DNA of 64,000 nt from Obrimoposthia wandeli (Eukaryota). Position numbers and translations under genes: made by a program. Location: positions 806,001 through 870,000 of the forward strand of contig CDROCS010001776.1 in assembly GCA_977020255.1 (NCBI GenBank), in the 5' to 3' direction. The notes beneath the pieces were generated by a model. That model saw only the letters and a program-made list of their open reading frames with translations, did not search any database and was not told where the DNA came from. Positions 12,401 to 25,034 of this stretch are shown piece by piece. How positions within the stretch are numbered: the first letter of the stretch is position 1; every line of letters starts with the position of its first letter.

Positions 12401-15400
12401 ACGGTGTTTTATCAAAGAAAGAAATAAAATCTACAGGAAACGGTAAATGAACTTATTCTTGTAATTGCTAAATGAAGTGATTTTTCAAAGAGGTTAGCTG
12501 TGCCAAATATGGTTTTATGGCTGACTGTTACGTAACTCATCTGTGTGCTTTCTACAATGTGGAAATATACGCTACTTATTATAAAGCTTACTTTTCCGGC
12601 ACACTATATTTTGAGGTAAGATCAAATATGATTGTTCTTCAATTTCTCCATGAAATAATTTTTTATGTACAGAAAACTAAAACAAGATTAATATTTGGAT
12701 TTTATAATTTTAGTTGTTATTAAGAAAATATTATGTCTTTAAATTACATTTGCAATATTCCTAATTATTTACTTTAATTAGCAAATAATTTTAAAATATG
12801 GCAAATATCTTCAAACATTTGAAAGGAGGTAGTACAAGCTAGCATCAATACAAAACTGCATAGGTAAGAAAGAATATTTCATTGTTTCGAGGATTCCCAG
12901 GGACTTTGTTTGTCACTTTAAAACGCAGAATCATTCTGCCGTCTACTGACAAAATAACAAAAGTCAGTTTTTTAAACATCATCAAATTAAATATTAGACT
13001 TTGATTTTTAAGTTAAAAAAACTCTAAAATATATAAGAGTGATTAAGGTTATAATGAATTTAATTTTGAATGGAAAAGACAAAAAAGTGTCAAACTTTAA
13101 TTAGGTTATTTTGGATGCAAATTATTTTGTCAAAAAAATAATTACATTATAAGATTTTTAAAAAATTTCAGCTTTTCCTCAATGTTCTCCTCGTCTTTTC
13201 CTTATCTTTTATTGCACGATATTTTGTTGTTATATATTTTTAACAGACAAAAAGATTTTCTCATAATAATTGGTAATTCACATTTAACTTCAGATAATTT
13301 GGAAAATAGAATTTTTATTCAAATAAAGACTCTTCAAAATGTTTTTTCTGGAATTTTATCCTCAAGTACATAAGATATTGTTGTTCATAAATTTAAAAAA
13401 TTATATGTTTCAGAAAGTTACTGGTTCAAATGAACATAATGTGAAATACTTTGTAGATGGTTTTTGTTGTTGTAAATTGTTCCATTAACAGTCCTTTTTT
13501 ACACGATTGATGCCTGAATTTCTTTCATCAAAGTCTCAAAACTATCTCGAATCCGTGCAAGTTCAGCAAACCTTCAAACGAAAGTGAATTAAATGATTTG
13601 AATCCTAGATGACAATTTTTGTGTGAAAAAGATGTGTACAATTGTTTTATGCAATCTGGGAGTTATATTTAAAAACGTATAATTGTTATTTTGAAATCAC
13701 TGCTTGGTCGTTAATGCGATTGAAATCATTGAAACATTTTGCACAACTGAAGTACGTGAACTTCTTCAATGAATTCCTCTGAATCACCACTGAGACCACA
13801 GTGTGGTGTTTTGTGTCAATTTTCCTAAATAGTGTTAAAGTTTGTTGGCATTTATTTTAATTATAAAATGAAAAAAGTATTTAATATATTATCAAAATAA
13901 AAATTATTATTATATATTGATATTGTGTTTAAATATTTGGACAACAACAAAAAATTGTAATCGTGAGAAAATTTCATCAAAAGAATATAATTTGTATATA
14001 CTAAAAACATATGTGAAAATAAAATTGAACACAACGTTGTCAGCGATTTGTTGGAATATATTATTAAACGAAATATAATTTTAACACATTAACCCCATTT
14101 TCATTAATATTTGACGTCCAAAACTCGAGATATGATAACAATTTTTCATGTCTTCTTATACCACCAGATTGAAATTATTCCGTCAATTTTGAGAACAACG
14201 TAACAAATTTGTAAATTAATTATTTTCCTTATAACATTGCACAAAATGTAATTATTATTATTTCAGCAAAATACCATTTTCATAGATTAAATATTTAATT
14301 TTGAACCATTTCAACGATTTACAGTACCTAGAAGATTGTTCAAATATACTAACATTATTAGACATTACATTGAAAATGAAATTGAAAATGAAATTGTAGG
14401 TAAAGATTTAAATTGTAACTTGGATAAATAGTAAATATAAATAAATTTTATTTATGAACATAAACAATGAAGATTTATGAAAAAGTAAATTATTGTTTTA
14501 TTTGTTAAAATAAACAAAAAACAAAGTTACCGATTTAGAAATGTTGATGACTTCGCAGAATTATTTAGAGATGCTAGAAATATTCATCGTTTATATACGT
14601 GGAAATCCATTTTGTATTGGCTAATTTCGTGATTGAAACACACAAGCAGCGTATTCAAAAATTCAACTTTGCTTACTTTTTACAAAGAAGTTATCAAAAT
14701 TTAAGAAATAGATTGTTTTTCTTTTAAATTGTGTTGGATTAAATGTTTAAAAATAATAATAAGCAATTGAAAGTATTTGCGACGAATAGAGTTTATTGTT
14801 CTTATTTCTACACCCAATATAAAGGGAAATATATATACCATATCAATGGGGTTTAAGGGGGTCAAACATCCATAACAAATTCACACCATAGATTAAAAAT
14901 ATTTTCATTCATTCTAGAAATTTTACAGATATTTTTATAAAAATTATATTTCCCTTATCTTCTAAAATACCAAAAACTACATTAACAGAAGAAAAAAAAA
15001 CATCATTCACTGTTATAATTTCAATAAAGATTATAAAAAATATGGATAATGAATGAAAATTTTCCAATAGAGAAGCGTAATTGTACCGTCATAATGCGTA
15101 AAATCAAAGTTATCTTTGGAAATTTAACATATTATATTATATATTGTATGTGTTTTCCCGCACACATACGTACGGCGGCACAGGCTAAGGTTAAACTCAT
15201 GTTATATCTGGGGTAGCCAGTAATAGATCTTATTAGTATTTCTATTTTTATAAGAATATCTATATTTTTACTCTAGAAAGCTCAATTGGTACTCCTTAGT
15301 ATTGATCGATCCCCTTTCGACCATGTTGTATTAATCGACCCATAGTGAATTTCCATTGACCATGTGGAGTCGAAATCGACCACTTTGGGGACCTCTGGCC

Positions 15401-16376
15401 TATACCATTAGAGTAAATAGATTATTTTGTCTGAGACATGTTTGCATGTGTATATCAATTTCAGTATAAAATTATATTTGCGAGGGTGTCAGCCAGTTAT
15501 GGAAAATCGAATAAGGATCACAATGGTGAAAGATTGGTTATATACCCTCTTTCTCTTATATATTCAGAGATACATCAACTAAATAATAATCATCAACATA
15601 TATGCTAATAAACTTTCAAGATAAATGGTCTGTTAAAACCACTCATGAATTGTATAATCATATAAATCATATACTTCCAAAAATCAGTTGTTGGTACTTT
15701 ACTACATGTAAATATATTTCAATTATCACACTCTCTGGCTATTGGTACCTACTATACCTATATATACATATTCATGTGCTCAAATTTAGATATCGCAGTT
15801 AATTTATCAGAGAAATACATTCCATGATACTGCAAATCATCTAAAAGTTGTGTTTACTTGTACTCTCTATCTGCTCAGTAATTACATCCCTTTTTAGAAT
15901 GGCTATACAGATAGCAAATATTTTCATTCTTTTTTACTTTATGTATGATCAACGGCTTCAATTAAAAATGATAAATAAATATTCGTAATGGTGCTGTAAT
16001 ACCGTTTTTTAGCCCTAATGCTAAAATTGATGCATATAGTGACTGCAAACGGATGGAGAATTGAATAACAAATTTATATTAACTACATTAAAACAGTATG
16101 GTATTAAAAAAGATCTTGAATTTCTACTCGTAGCAACAACATCATTCAATGAATTAGTAATAACAGTTATAAAGAAACAAGCCAAAAAGAGATCACATCT
16201 TAAACAAAAGAAAAGTAAGTAAGTAAGCAACAGTAGTATAAACAAAAGATCGGAAATGGGGGATATATTGGGATTATTGGCGCCTGATTTGAAATTTGAT
16301 GGTAAGTTTGCTAAAGGTATGCCTACACTATTAGATGCATGCTATGTTATAAATACGCATACTTCAAATCTACCTG

Positions 16377-16975
16377 AGTAGGTAGAAGGATGGAGTCTAG
16401 ACCACTTGCTACCCCCTCCCTCCTTGTGCGCACACAATGTTAAAGGGTGTCACACCATAAGGGTGTCATACCATAAGGGTATATCTTGCCTCACCATAGG
16501 GGTGTCACACTATAATGGTGTCTTGTCACACCATAAGGGTATGGCTCAGAAAGGTTATGATAGAGGGAGGGGTCAAGTGATCTAGTCTCCATCCTTCTTA
16601 TGGTGGACCAACATATCCAATGGTTGTGGTCATCCATAGATGAAAGGGTCAGGAAGCGTTTTGACTTGAAGGTTTTAAGGTATAATTAAGGTCAACTATG
16701 GTTGTCCATTACATCTAAAGGGTCATGGGCGTCCATAAATCAAAGGGTTGGGCTAAAGACAAAATCAAGTTTTAAATGTCAAGGTTTGAATACATGGTTG
16801 GAATCATCTTTAGAAGGCAAATTCATCCATAAAGGTATGGTCGTTCATAGATGAAGGGTTAAAAAAGTTGGAATTTCATAGTTTTAAGTACATGGTTGTG
16901 TTTGTCAACATATTACGAGTTTAATCATGTATTAATTTTATGGTCGTTCACAAGGTAAGGGTTAGATTTGGCATA
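16377..16975 (+). repeat. Polinton terminal inverted repeat with internal tandem motifs
   Basis: AGTAGGTA...GAGTCTAGACC start; about 5 copies of GGGTGTCACACCATAA (16445-16540); about 7 copies of ATGGTYGTYCAT...AAGGGT (16620-16965); reverse-complement similarity to 43000-43559. Confidence 0.85.
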
Positions 16976-17231
16976 AATTAAAGAAACCTATAGTATTCAA
17001 TCAATTATTATATGTGAAAGTTTAGATTAAAGTTCACTCTTATCAGTTAAGGGACGTATTACGTAATAATATACACACTATTATATGTGAAAATTTAGAT
17101 AAAAGATATTTCCAGGCTTATGCATCTAAAGAATTATGATAAAATTTCTTTAAATAACTTAAATACTATATATTAAAATAAAAATAAAATAAGAAAAAAG
17201 TCAGAGAATAATACAAAATTAAACACATTTA

Positions 17232-18700
17232 TTATGTAATTTCATAATGTCCATAAGCGCGGCTTCTATTTTTCTCGATCCAATAGCGTTTGTCGTCTCA
17301 TGAGCTGAGAGCAGTCTTTTGTATTATGATTGTGTATAGTTGGTGATTTATTGTTCTAAACTTCTTTTGTGGTATAGTATATGCATTACCGTTTTCATAC
17401 ACGTCTAAATATGTTTGATGTACAACCGTTGATCCCTTAAGATTTACTCCTTTTGCTTTATTATTTTCAAAGTCATCTTCAAACTTAAGTGAATAACATT
17501 TACAAAGTAAGAAAATCCATTCTTTATACATTCTTCCTTCCGATTCATCTTTAAATAATCCTATTTTACTATTAAATTCATTAGAATATCATGAATCATT
17601 CACATTATAATTTGACGTATCTAATGCTCCATCTGCAATCATTTGAGGCAACAAATGATTTCTTAAATTAACATCTTTGCATTCTAAAAAGAATGAATCA
17701 GTATTTCCGGCAACTATATTAATTGAACAATTAAATAGTAATCTATAATTTTGTAAATCATGATACTGAAGAGTATACATTCGTAATTTGCTAAGGTCTA
17801 GCACCGCTTGGCCTATATAGTTTGGTCGATCGAGACAAATAAAGTATTTTCCTAATAAAACAGCTATTAAATTATCATGAATTTCAATTGTTCGATGAAA
17901 CATAGGTTTGCTAGTATATGTAATTAATTTGTAGAACTAGTGCAGATGCAAAGATTCAACCGTTTCTTAACATTTTCAACGATCTTTCCATACAAACTAA
18001 CAATTTTAAGTTTATAACAAATCTTTGTCACATTTATTCGTTGCTTGAAACCTCATTTCTGAATTATATTCTATATATTCTGCGAATATCTTTGCCTGAG
18101 AGAACTTTACTGTTCAATGAATAATTGTTACCACTGCTTCTAAACTAACATACATCTGCTATAGTCTCCAATGAATAACATAATTACTTTTTGGTGAACG
18201 TGTCATTAAATGTTTTTCAATTTTTTACCAGGAGGACATTTCTTTTCTGGAACTATAGGTAGATCGTCTAAAATATCATGAAGGCTTTCCGGTATTACCA
18301 AGTCTACCTCCATAACATAACCATATTCAATATGTTCCATGTCCACATTTTTCATTTCATGCAATATTTCGTTTAATTTTATATCATCAAGAATCCATTC
18401 CAAATCTTCTTTTGGTAAAGATTGATCAAAAGCCCATCCATATAAATTATTAACATCTATATATATATATATATATACCCGAAGAAATCATGTACATTTC
18501 AGGATCCTGCATCAGTTCAACCTTATGTTTTAACATTAGCACTTGCCCAGCTCAACCCTGGAATGCTTAAAGGTTGAGTGGTTCTAAACCATCTTTGCTA
18601 AGAGTTATTATTCCGATTGTTTGAAAGACATCATGTTATTCAAAGCTTTCTGAAAGCTTCGTCCACAAATTATAATATCATATCTTTAATTATATTGTTT
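17232..18700 (-). pseudogene. Polinton protein-primed family B DNA polymerase, C-terminal part, with stops, frameshifts and an internal deletion
   Basis: Motifs GLEP..PGLSW..MLKHKVELMQDPEMY; YIDVNNLYGWAFDQSLP (motif A); GYVMEVDLVIPESLHD; RPNYIGQAVLDLSKLRMY; AGNTDSFF (degenerate YxDTDS); FKDESEG; KAKGV; KTALSS*DDKRY..AYGHY. Confidence 0.95.
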
Positions 18701-19438
18701 TATATGTAAATAAATCAAATTATGTACATGTTGGGGTTTCTATATGAAACTGTTTTCCAATATAGATCCTCAGAATGGAGGGCCCCAACGTGAGTTCTAT
18801 AGAAGCAGGACTTATAGATGTTTGTGGCCTACTTAAAGTTATGCTTGCCTGTCTCAATTCTTATCTGAAGGTTTGTTATTTCTAAATTTTAGGGTCTATA
18901 ACAACGCTGTCTAGTTGTAGGAAATATTTTATTACTAAACACACTAAGTTAAACACGTTCTAAATACGTTCTAAAAATGACATTACTATTCCTAAGACTT
19001 TCACAAAGTCTCTACACAAGTGAGGAGGATCCACGTATCGATTTTATTTTAGGGTTGGTTGGTTACTAGATTCTTTCTCTAAAATGTGGCAAGGTTAAAG
19101 TAGTAGGTTTTTGGACAGCTGGTTGCTCTAAAATAGGGAATGAGTTTAGAGAGCTTGTTGCTCTAAAAATAGGATTAGTTTAGATTGATAGAATATAGAA
19201 AATGTACTGAGATAACTTCATTTGTTACTCTTCTTTTAAACTGGAATCAACTTTTATAACTTTGATAGAATATCGAATTACAAAGGGAATACCTTAACTT
19301 TCAAATTTCTTTAAAGTATTCTTTTATATAATCAACTTTACTAGCAATGAAAATATCAAATTTTACAAATAATTCACTTCAAATTTCTTTAGATTATTCT
19401 TTTATAATATCGACTTTACGAGCAATTAAATATCGAAT

Positions 19439-19900
19439 TTACAAATAACGATCAATTTTAACGACACTTCGCTCTCTGCTCTTACCGTCCTTCGTAGAGA
19501 TTGTGGGACTGACTCGATCCGGTTGCCGCTGGATATCCTTAATCCGATTCCGCAGATGCCTTGTGAGAGGAACTGCCTCGTGTCGTCCTTGTCCGATCCG
19601 ATTGATTATCAGATAGCCTCGATCTGATTTCTTCTTACTGAGACGCCTTGTGATATGAACTGCCTCGATCTGATTTCTTCTGTAAGAGTGATTCAATTTT
19701 CTCTCTTATACTGAAATTTCACCTTATCGTTGGTCGATGGGAATCTCCTTCTGTCGATCAGACAATGGCCAAATGTCTGAGTGTTTTTCTTTAATTCACT
19801 TAGCTGGCATACTTCTTAATGGATTTCGCTAAATGCTAATATTTCCTTGATTCCTTTTCTTAATGGTACTTCAGTTTTCTTAATTATTTTTGGGGCCTTT
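19439..19900 (-). pseudogene. Decayed Polinton accessory ORF with internal repeats, function unknown
   Basis: Less AT-rich than its flanks; partly open frames (IREKIESLLQKKSDRGSSYHKAS...) with a repeated AAGAAATCAGATCGAGGC unit; co-oriented with the Polinton genes. Confidence 0.4.
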
Positions 19901-20199
19901 TGGGTTAATGTAAAATCCCTTATATACTGCACACGTTTACACATGACCTTCGTGGTCCTAATACTAAATTCCCGTCTTAATTTCAACAATTTAATTTTAA
20001 TATGAATTCCATTTTAAATATAACCTTGCTTTCAAGGATTTTTTTTTTGTATAAAATCAATTAATTATTTAAAATTACTCAAAACCTAATCCTAACATAC
20101 ATATTCGATTATCAACTTAGCTTTTCTATTTATTATTCGACTTTCTAAAATAATTAAAATATCTTGTAAGAACACATAAAATTACTTATCGATTGTATG

Positions 20200-20860
20200 A
20201 ATTAATACAAGAATGAATGCAAGTGAATGCATGTATGAATGCAAGTGAATGCAAGTATGAATGCAAGTGAATGCAAGTATGAAAGCAAGTGAATGCAAAT
20301 ACAAGTAAGAGCCTTAGCAAGTGAATGTAATTGAAAAAAAAGAGTCTCGAGAGTTTGATTGAATGCAAGTGTAATTTAGACTATAAGTAAATTAAAATAG
20401 AGTTTTCGTATGAATAAAAGTTATATTAAGTGCCAGTTATATTAATAACAAGTAAGCAACTATAAGAAGCAGTGATACTGAATTATGTTAAATGTTAGAA
20501 CGACTAAGTTACAGCGAAATTAATAGAAAACAACACTAAGTTTGACGGTATGAATGAAAATTAGTAAAAATATTAATGTATTTGAATGATAGTTTGAATA
20601 AATGAGTGTTAGATTGAATGTAAATGAATGCAAGTATGAATGAATGCAGCTACAAGTACAAGTAAGAAAGAATATGATTGCAAGTACGAATTTCAAGTAC
20701 AAGTATGAAGGAAAATTAGTAAAAATATTAATGAATTTGAATGCTAGTTTGAATAATGAGAGTTAGAAGGAATGTAAATGAATGCAAGTATGAATGCAAG
20801 TGAATACGAATACAAGTAAGAGTTTTTGCAAGTGAATGTAAATCTGTAAGTGAGTACTAT
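20200..20860. repeat. TGAATGCAAG(TA) short tandem repeats and a ~153-bp duplication inside the Polinton arm
   Basis: Alternating 10/12-bp units at 20210-20310 and 20615-20835; AAAATTAGTAAAAATATTAATG block at ~20558 and ~20712; inverted homolog at ~41700-42000. Confidence 0.85.
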
Positions 20861-23258
20861 CTAATTATTAAATTAATACTATCAATCAATGAAGATGATG
20901 TACAAACTGATGAAAATTATAATAATTAAGATGTAAACTCTCATATTTTCACATATTTTACCTTCATGTTAAAGTTAACAGTTCATACATACTCACGTAA
21001 TTAAATAATTAAAATGTCTTATCTCGTTTAATAACATTCTTTAATTGAAATATTTTTTAAATAATTAGATAATTTTAAATTCTTTATTTTCTAAATAACT
21101 TGATTATAAAAATATATTCATAAATATAATTTGAAAGTATCATTATTCGTTTCTCTTTTTAACTATTCGAAATTATATTTATATATACAAATTTAGTAAA
21201 TTAAGTAAACAAACAATTTTATTCTCTATGTATCGAATATTGTAAAATTATTTTCAAAGACATGAAAATAATAGTAAACAAAGTGAAAGCTTTGTCAATA
21301 AATTATAATACCAAATCTTTAATCACATTGTTTAATATGCAAATAAAACAAATTATTCAAACATATTAGATTATCATCTTAATACCTCAATATATTATTC
21401 AACTTTATAAATATTTTTTAAAATTTATTTTATAAAATAGTTAAATTAAGAGTCTCAAGTGAATAAGAGTTAATAAGAGTCCGATATTATGGTTTAAAAT
21501 GATACTAAGTGATAACAAGAGTAAGTAAAAAAAGTTAGTAATATCAAATGTGTAAATGAACTAGAGTTATAGAGTATGACTGAAATTGTAACTGAGGACG
21601 TTAATTAGTATAATAATCTTCACACAGAATATATATATATTTAAATTACTTGATATTTATTTGCCATTGTCTTATTAATATAATATGAATATTCAAATTT
21701 ATTTCTTCAAAAATTCATTTTATATATTAAACAATATTTCTTTACCACATTATTGTGGTTTTTTATCAAGTGATTTTATCTTTAAACTATAAAAATATTT
21801 TAATTATCAAGTTAGTATCTGTACAGAAGTCAAACAGAAGTTACTATTAAGTTTATTCTTTCAAATATTAAAAGTTCTTTCGAATTATTTAATTTTGTTT
21901 ACTTTACATTCGAAAATTATTTGTAAACATAATAGTTTTGCATATATTCAGTTTAATATGTTGTAAGTTATTACTGCAATATTCCATTATATAAAAAGTA
22001 ATTGATAGTTTACTGCTGTTTACAAAAAAAATTACATATAACATCAAATATGTAAATTTCAGTTATGAATTTATCAACTATAAATATTTTTACACAGTTT
22101 AATGAGTTTTACGCCAAAAACTTAAAATATTTTAAATTTTAATCATAATTTCTATGATTTTGTCTTACATTTACTTCAATAGTTCAATATTTCTTTATTA
22201 CAGGTTATAATAGTTTACTATTATTTACACATTCTGGTAAATAATTTTGGTATTAATTGTTTTAAACTAGATTAACCTCGTATAACCTCATTCTTTATCT
22301 TAAACTAAAATACATTTAAATATTTTATGGTATTAATTTACTTTGCTCAAGTATTTTAAACATTAAAAGTTATATAAAAGTTTAATAAAAAGTTAATCAT
22401 TGAATACAAGTACACAAGTTCTAATATCATACAACATTCTCAACTGTATTCAATAGATTCTTTCTGAATATAAAATGTTGAATTTAAAAGTGTATAAAAT
22501 TATGAAAAATATCAACAACAAAAAAAACATTAGCCCTTTGTATATAATTATTTGTCAAATATTATGTTAGAATTGTATTTAATCTTTATTTTGTTTTAAT
22601 AATATTATATTTTAAAGCTATATGAAAATATTGTGTCACTCGCAATGCTCTAACAATAAATCAAAATCTGCAAACGGTTAAGTAAAGTTAATTTTAATTA
22701 CGATAAAAATTATTAACAAATATTTATTAAATTCTATCAAACTACCGTTATTATAATCATAGGCAGAATGTGTTAGTATTCTAATATACTATTCAAGAAA
22801 CTTGAATAACTGCAAATTAATTTAATATTCGAACTATGTTCATAAAATTATATAAAAAGTTTAACAACTCTTTATTATTATTTATTTTATTCTAAATATT
22901 ATTTAGAACTATTGTGTAGTTATTTAATTATTTAAATACATTATACATTGTTATTCGTTAGTGCTTATGTTAAAATATAGTAGCAAAATAAATGTCATTA
23001 CGAATAGATAATAAGGCAGATATAATACTTCTACGCTATTTTGAATATTTCGCAAAAAGTACCACAATGTTAATTACACATTATTTAAACAACAATATTT
23101 TAATAAATACCACGTGATTTTTTTATTTACAGATATTGTATATAGTATTAGCATTTAATAAATTTTAACCTTTTAATTAACTAATACCATAATTACTAAC
23201 TGATTTACTGATTTAAAAATGATAATACAATATTATCTTTACAAAAATGAAATAAGAC

Positions 23259-23576
23259 TTAATCACTTATGTTACGGTTTGGTGCATAGCCAAAGTTAGA
23301 ATACTCTTCCAGTCTTCTGGGTCCTTGTAGGTAGGTTCACTGGGTTGTTGGGATTCTTCTATTTCTTACCATCCAAACAAGCTTCATATTATCACTCATG
23401 ATTGTGTCTCCTTTCTTCGCCTTCCACATAGTTAGAATTTTTCTAGTTCTTTTTCTTCATATCCAGGTTCTGGCATACTTCTTTAGTGTTTCATAACAGA
23501 TTTGTCAGAGGTTGTGTATTACTTAATTCATGACATAAGGCCATTTCAACACACAACAAATGTAGGACTTCTCCAT
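23259..23576 (-). pseudogene. Decayed 105-aa Polinton accessory ORF, possible RING-type zinc finger
   Basis: A single frame from ATG to TAA over 106 codons with 4 internal stops: MEKSYICCVLKWPYVMN*VIHNL*QICYETLKKYARTWI*RKRTRKIL... Confidence 0.35.
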
Positions 23577-23978
23577 ATTTGAAATAATATTGTTTTAATA
23601 ATATTATATAACAGAAATATATAAAAAATGTCAAAACTATTAAATAAAATATAAAATTTTAATTCTTCAATTGAGGTTAAAAATATTTTAATTTTAAATT
23701 ATAATAATAATAATTTAAATTAAATCATGTAAAAATAAATTTTTATGACCTTAACAAATTTTATAAAAGTTCCTCTAAAAATTAAATGTTGATAGCGTAG
23801 AACAATTATATCTGCCGATAATAAAGACAGTATTTTAAAACTAATTAAAGAGAAATAAAAACTATATACAAAAATAATGCCTGAATACAAAAATTATTAT
23901 TTAAACTTTATTTACTTAAAGAATATTAAGATACAAAAATAATTTATATTAAATACTAAAATACAAAATATCTATATA

Positions 23979-24477
23979 TTACGATTTGTATCTTAACGTT
24001 CTATAAAATCTTTCAACTACTGCAGCTTTATATTGAGAATATACCGAATAATGATTGATATTTTCTGTTTTGAATAATTTCTTAACATGTGAATTAAAAA
24101 ACTCTTTACCTCATCAGTTTGGATATTTACTGATCAACGATTAAAGATTATATTGCATGTAATAAATCAATTTTTGACACCAATTGCCTTGCAAAACGAC
24201 TAAATACATCAATACAAGTTAAAAATATACTTGAATCCTTCATTTACTGAAGAATAAGGAATCATTTCCATTAAATCCATCTGCCATAACGAATTAATAC
24301 CATTAGTTTATATGATCTAGTAGGGAAGTTACGTCTTAAAGGTTTATTCAGACTATATGATAATTCATTTCTTAACCATTTCCGTGTGTTTGTTTTTGAT
24401 TGTTTGACTATTATTGTACATTTTTATAACCCTGTATATCCGTCTGGATCTTCTGGATTGTTCCTAATCTGTTCCAT
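23979..24477 (-). pseudogene. Polinton retroviral-like (RVE) integrase, truncated and frameshifted
   Basis: NPEDPDGYTGL..KWLRNELSYSLNKPLRRNFPTR; WQMDLMEM; FKYI..CIDVFSRFA; IQTDE(G)KEFFNSHVKKLFKTENINHYSVYSQYKAAVVERFYRTLR (D, D and E catalytic segments recognisable). Confidence 0.93.
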
Positions 24478-24605
24478 TACAGCATGAAGAATTGAAATTT
24501 ATAAATAATTTAGACAACTTTCTATTGTTTATTCCCATTTTTATAAAAGTTAAATATATTTTAATCTGTTTATATGTTTGTATAAAACGAAAGTGATGCA
24601 TAGTT

Positions 24606-24935
24606 TTAACTTCTTGAACCTATAAGATCACCTATTAAAGAAGCTATAACGGGAAGTATGGCCATTATGAATCCACCGTTTTGATTGTAAATTATGTTTC
24701 TTTTTTTAATTTTACCGCGTGAATTTGCCAAATTTATTAATGAATTTTTATATTTTAAAATATAAGGATAAGATTTAATTTTACCATAAATTATTTTATT
24801 TAAAATTTTTATTAAATCATCAACTACATACATTGGAAATGATTTCAACATTTTCATTTTATTCGTTTTTGATACGTCAATTAATGTTTTAAAATAAGGT
24901 AAACTTTTTGCAAATTCAATATTATTACGATCATA
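24606..24935 (-). CDS. Small basic Polinton/adintovirus protein with a C-terminal amphipathic helix (pX/cupiennin-like)
   Basis: Open frame ...EFAKSLPYFKTLIDVSKTNKMKMLKSFPMYVVDDLIKILNKIIYGKIK...KKRNIIYNQNGGFIMAILPVIASLIGDLIGSRS*; located between ATPase and integrase; the original start codon is unclear. Confidence 0.65.
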   Translation of the reverse strand, partial: YDRNNIEFAKSLPYFKTLIDVSKTNKMKMLKSFPMYVVDDLIKILNKIIYGKIKSYPYILKYKNSLINLANSRGKIKKRNIIYNQNGGFIMAILPVIASLIGDLIGSRS

Positions 24936-25034
24936 TAATACAGTGTTTATTAATTTTTTAACTTCATCTTTATCTGTCTTTTACTATGTTTAAGAATACT
25001 CTTTTTAATATTCATTTTATTTTAAACTTTATTA

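Noticed and set aside
15285-15400. hAT MITE right end (GACCACTTTGGGGACCTCTG)
   Set aside because: No matching left TIR or TSD was found.
10780-16305. Scattered plus-strand exon-like pieces with GTAAG donors (10786-10880, 11087-11125, 12500-12615, 16256-16301)
   Set aside because: No consistent frame or homology; could be a real gene interrupted by the Polinton, but this is unsupported without transcripts.
20200-20860. CRISPR-like array or zinc-finger (YECK) coding repeats
   Set aside because: No unique spacers, eukaryotic context, and the repeat frames contain stops.
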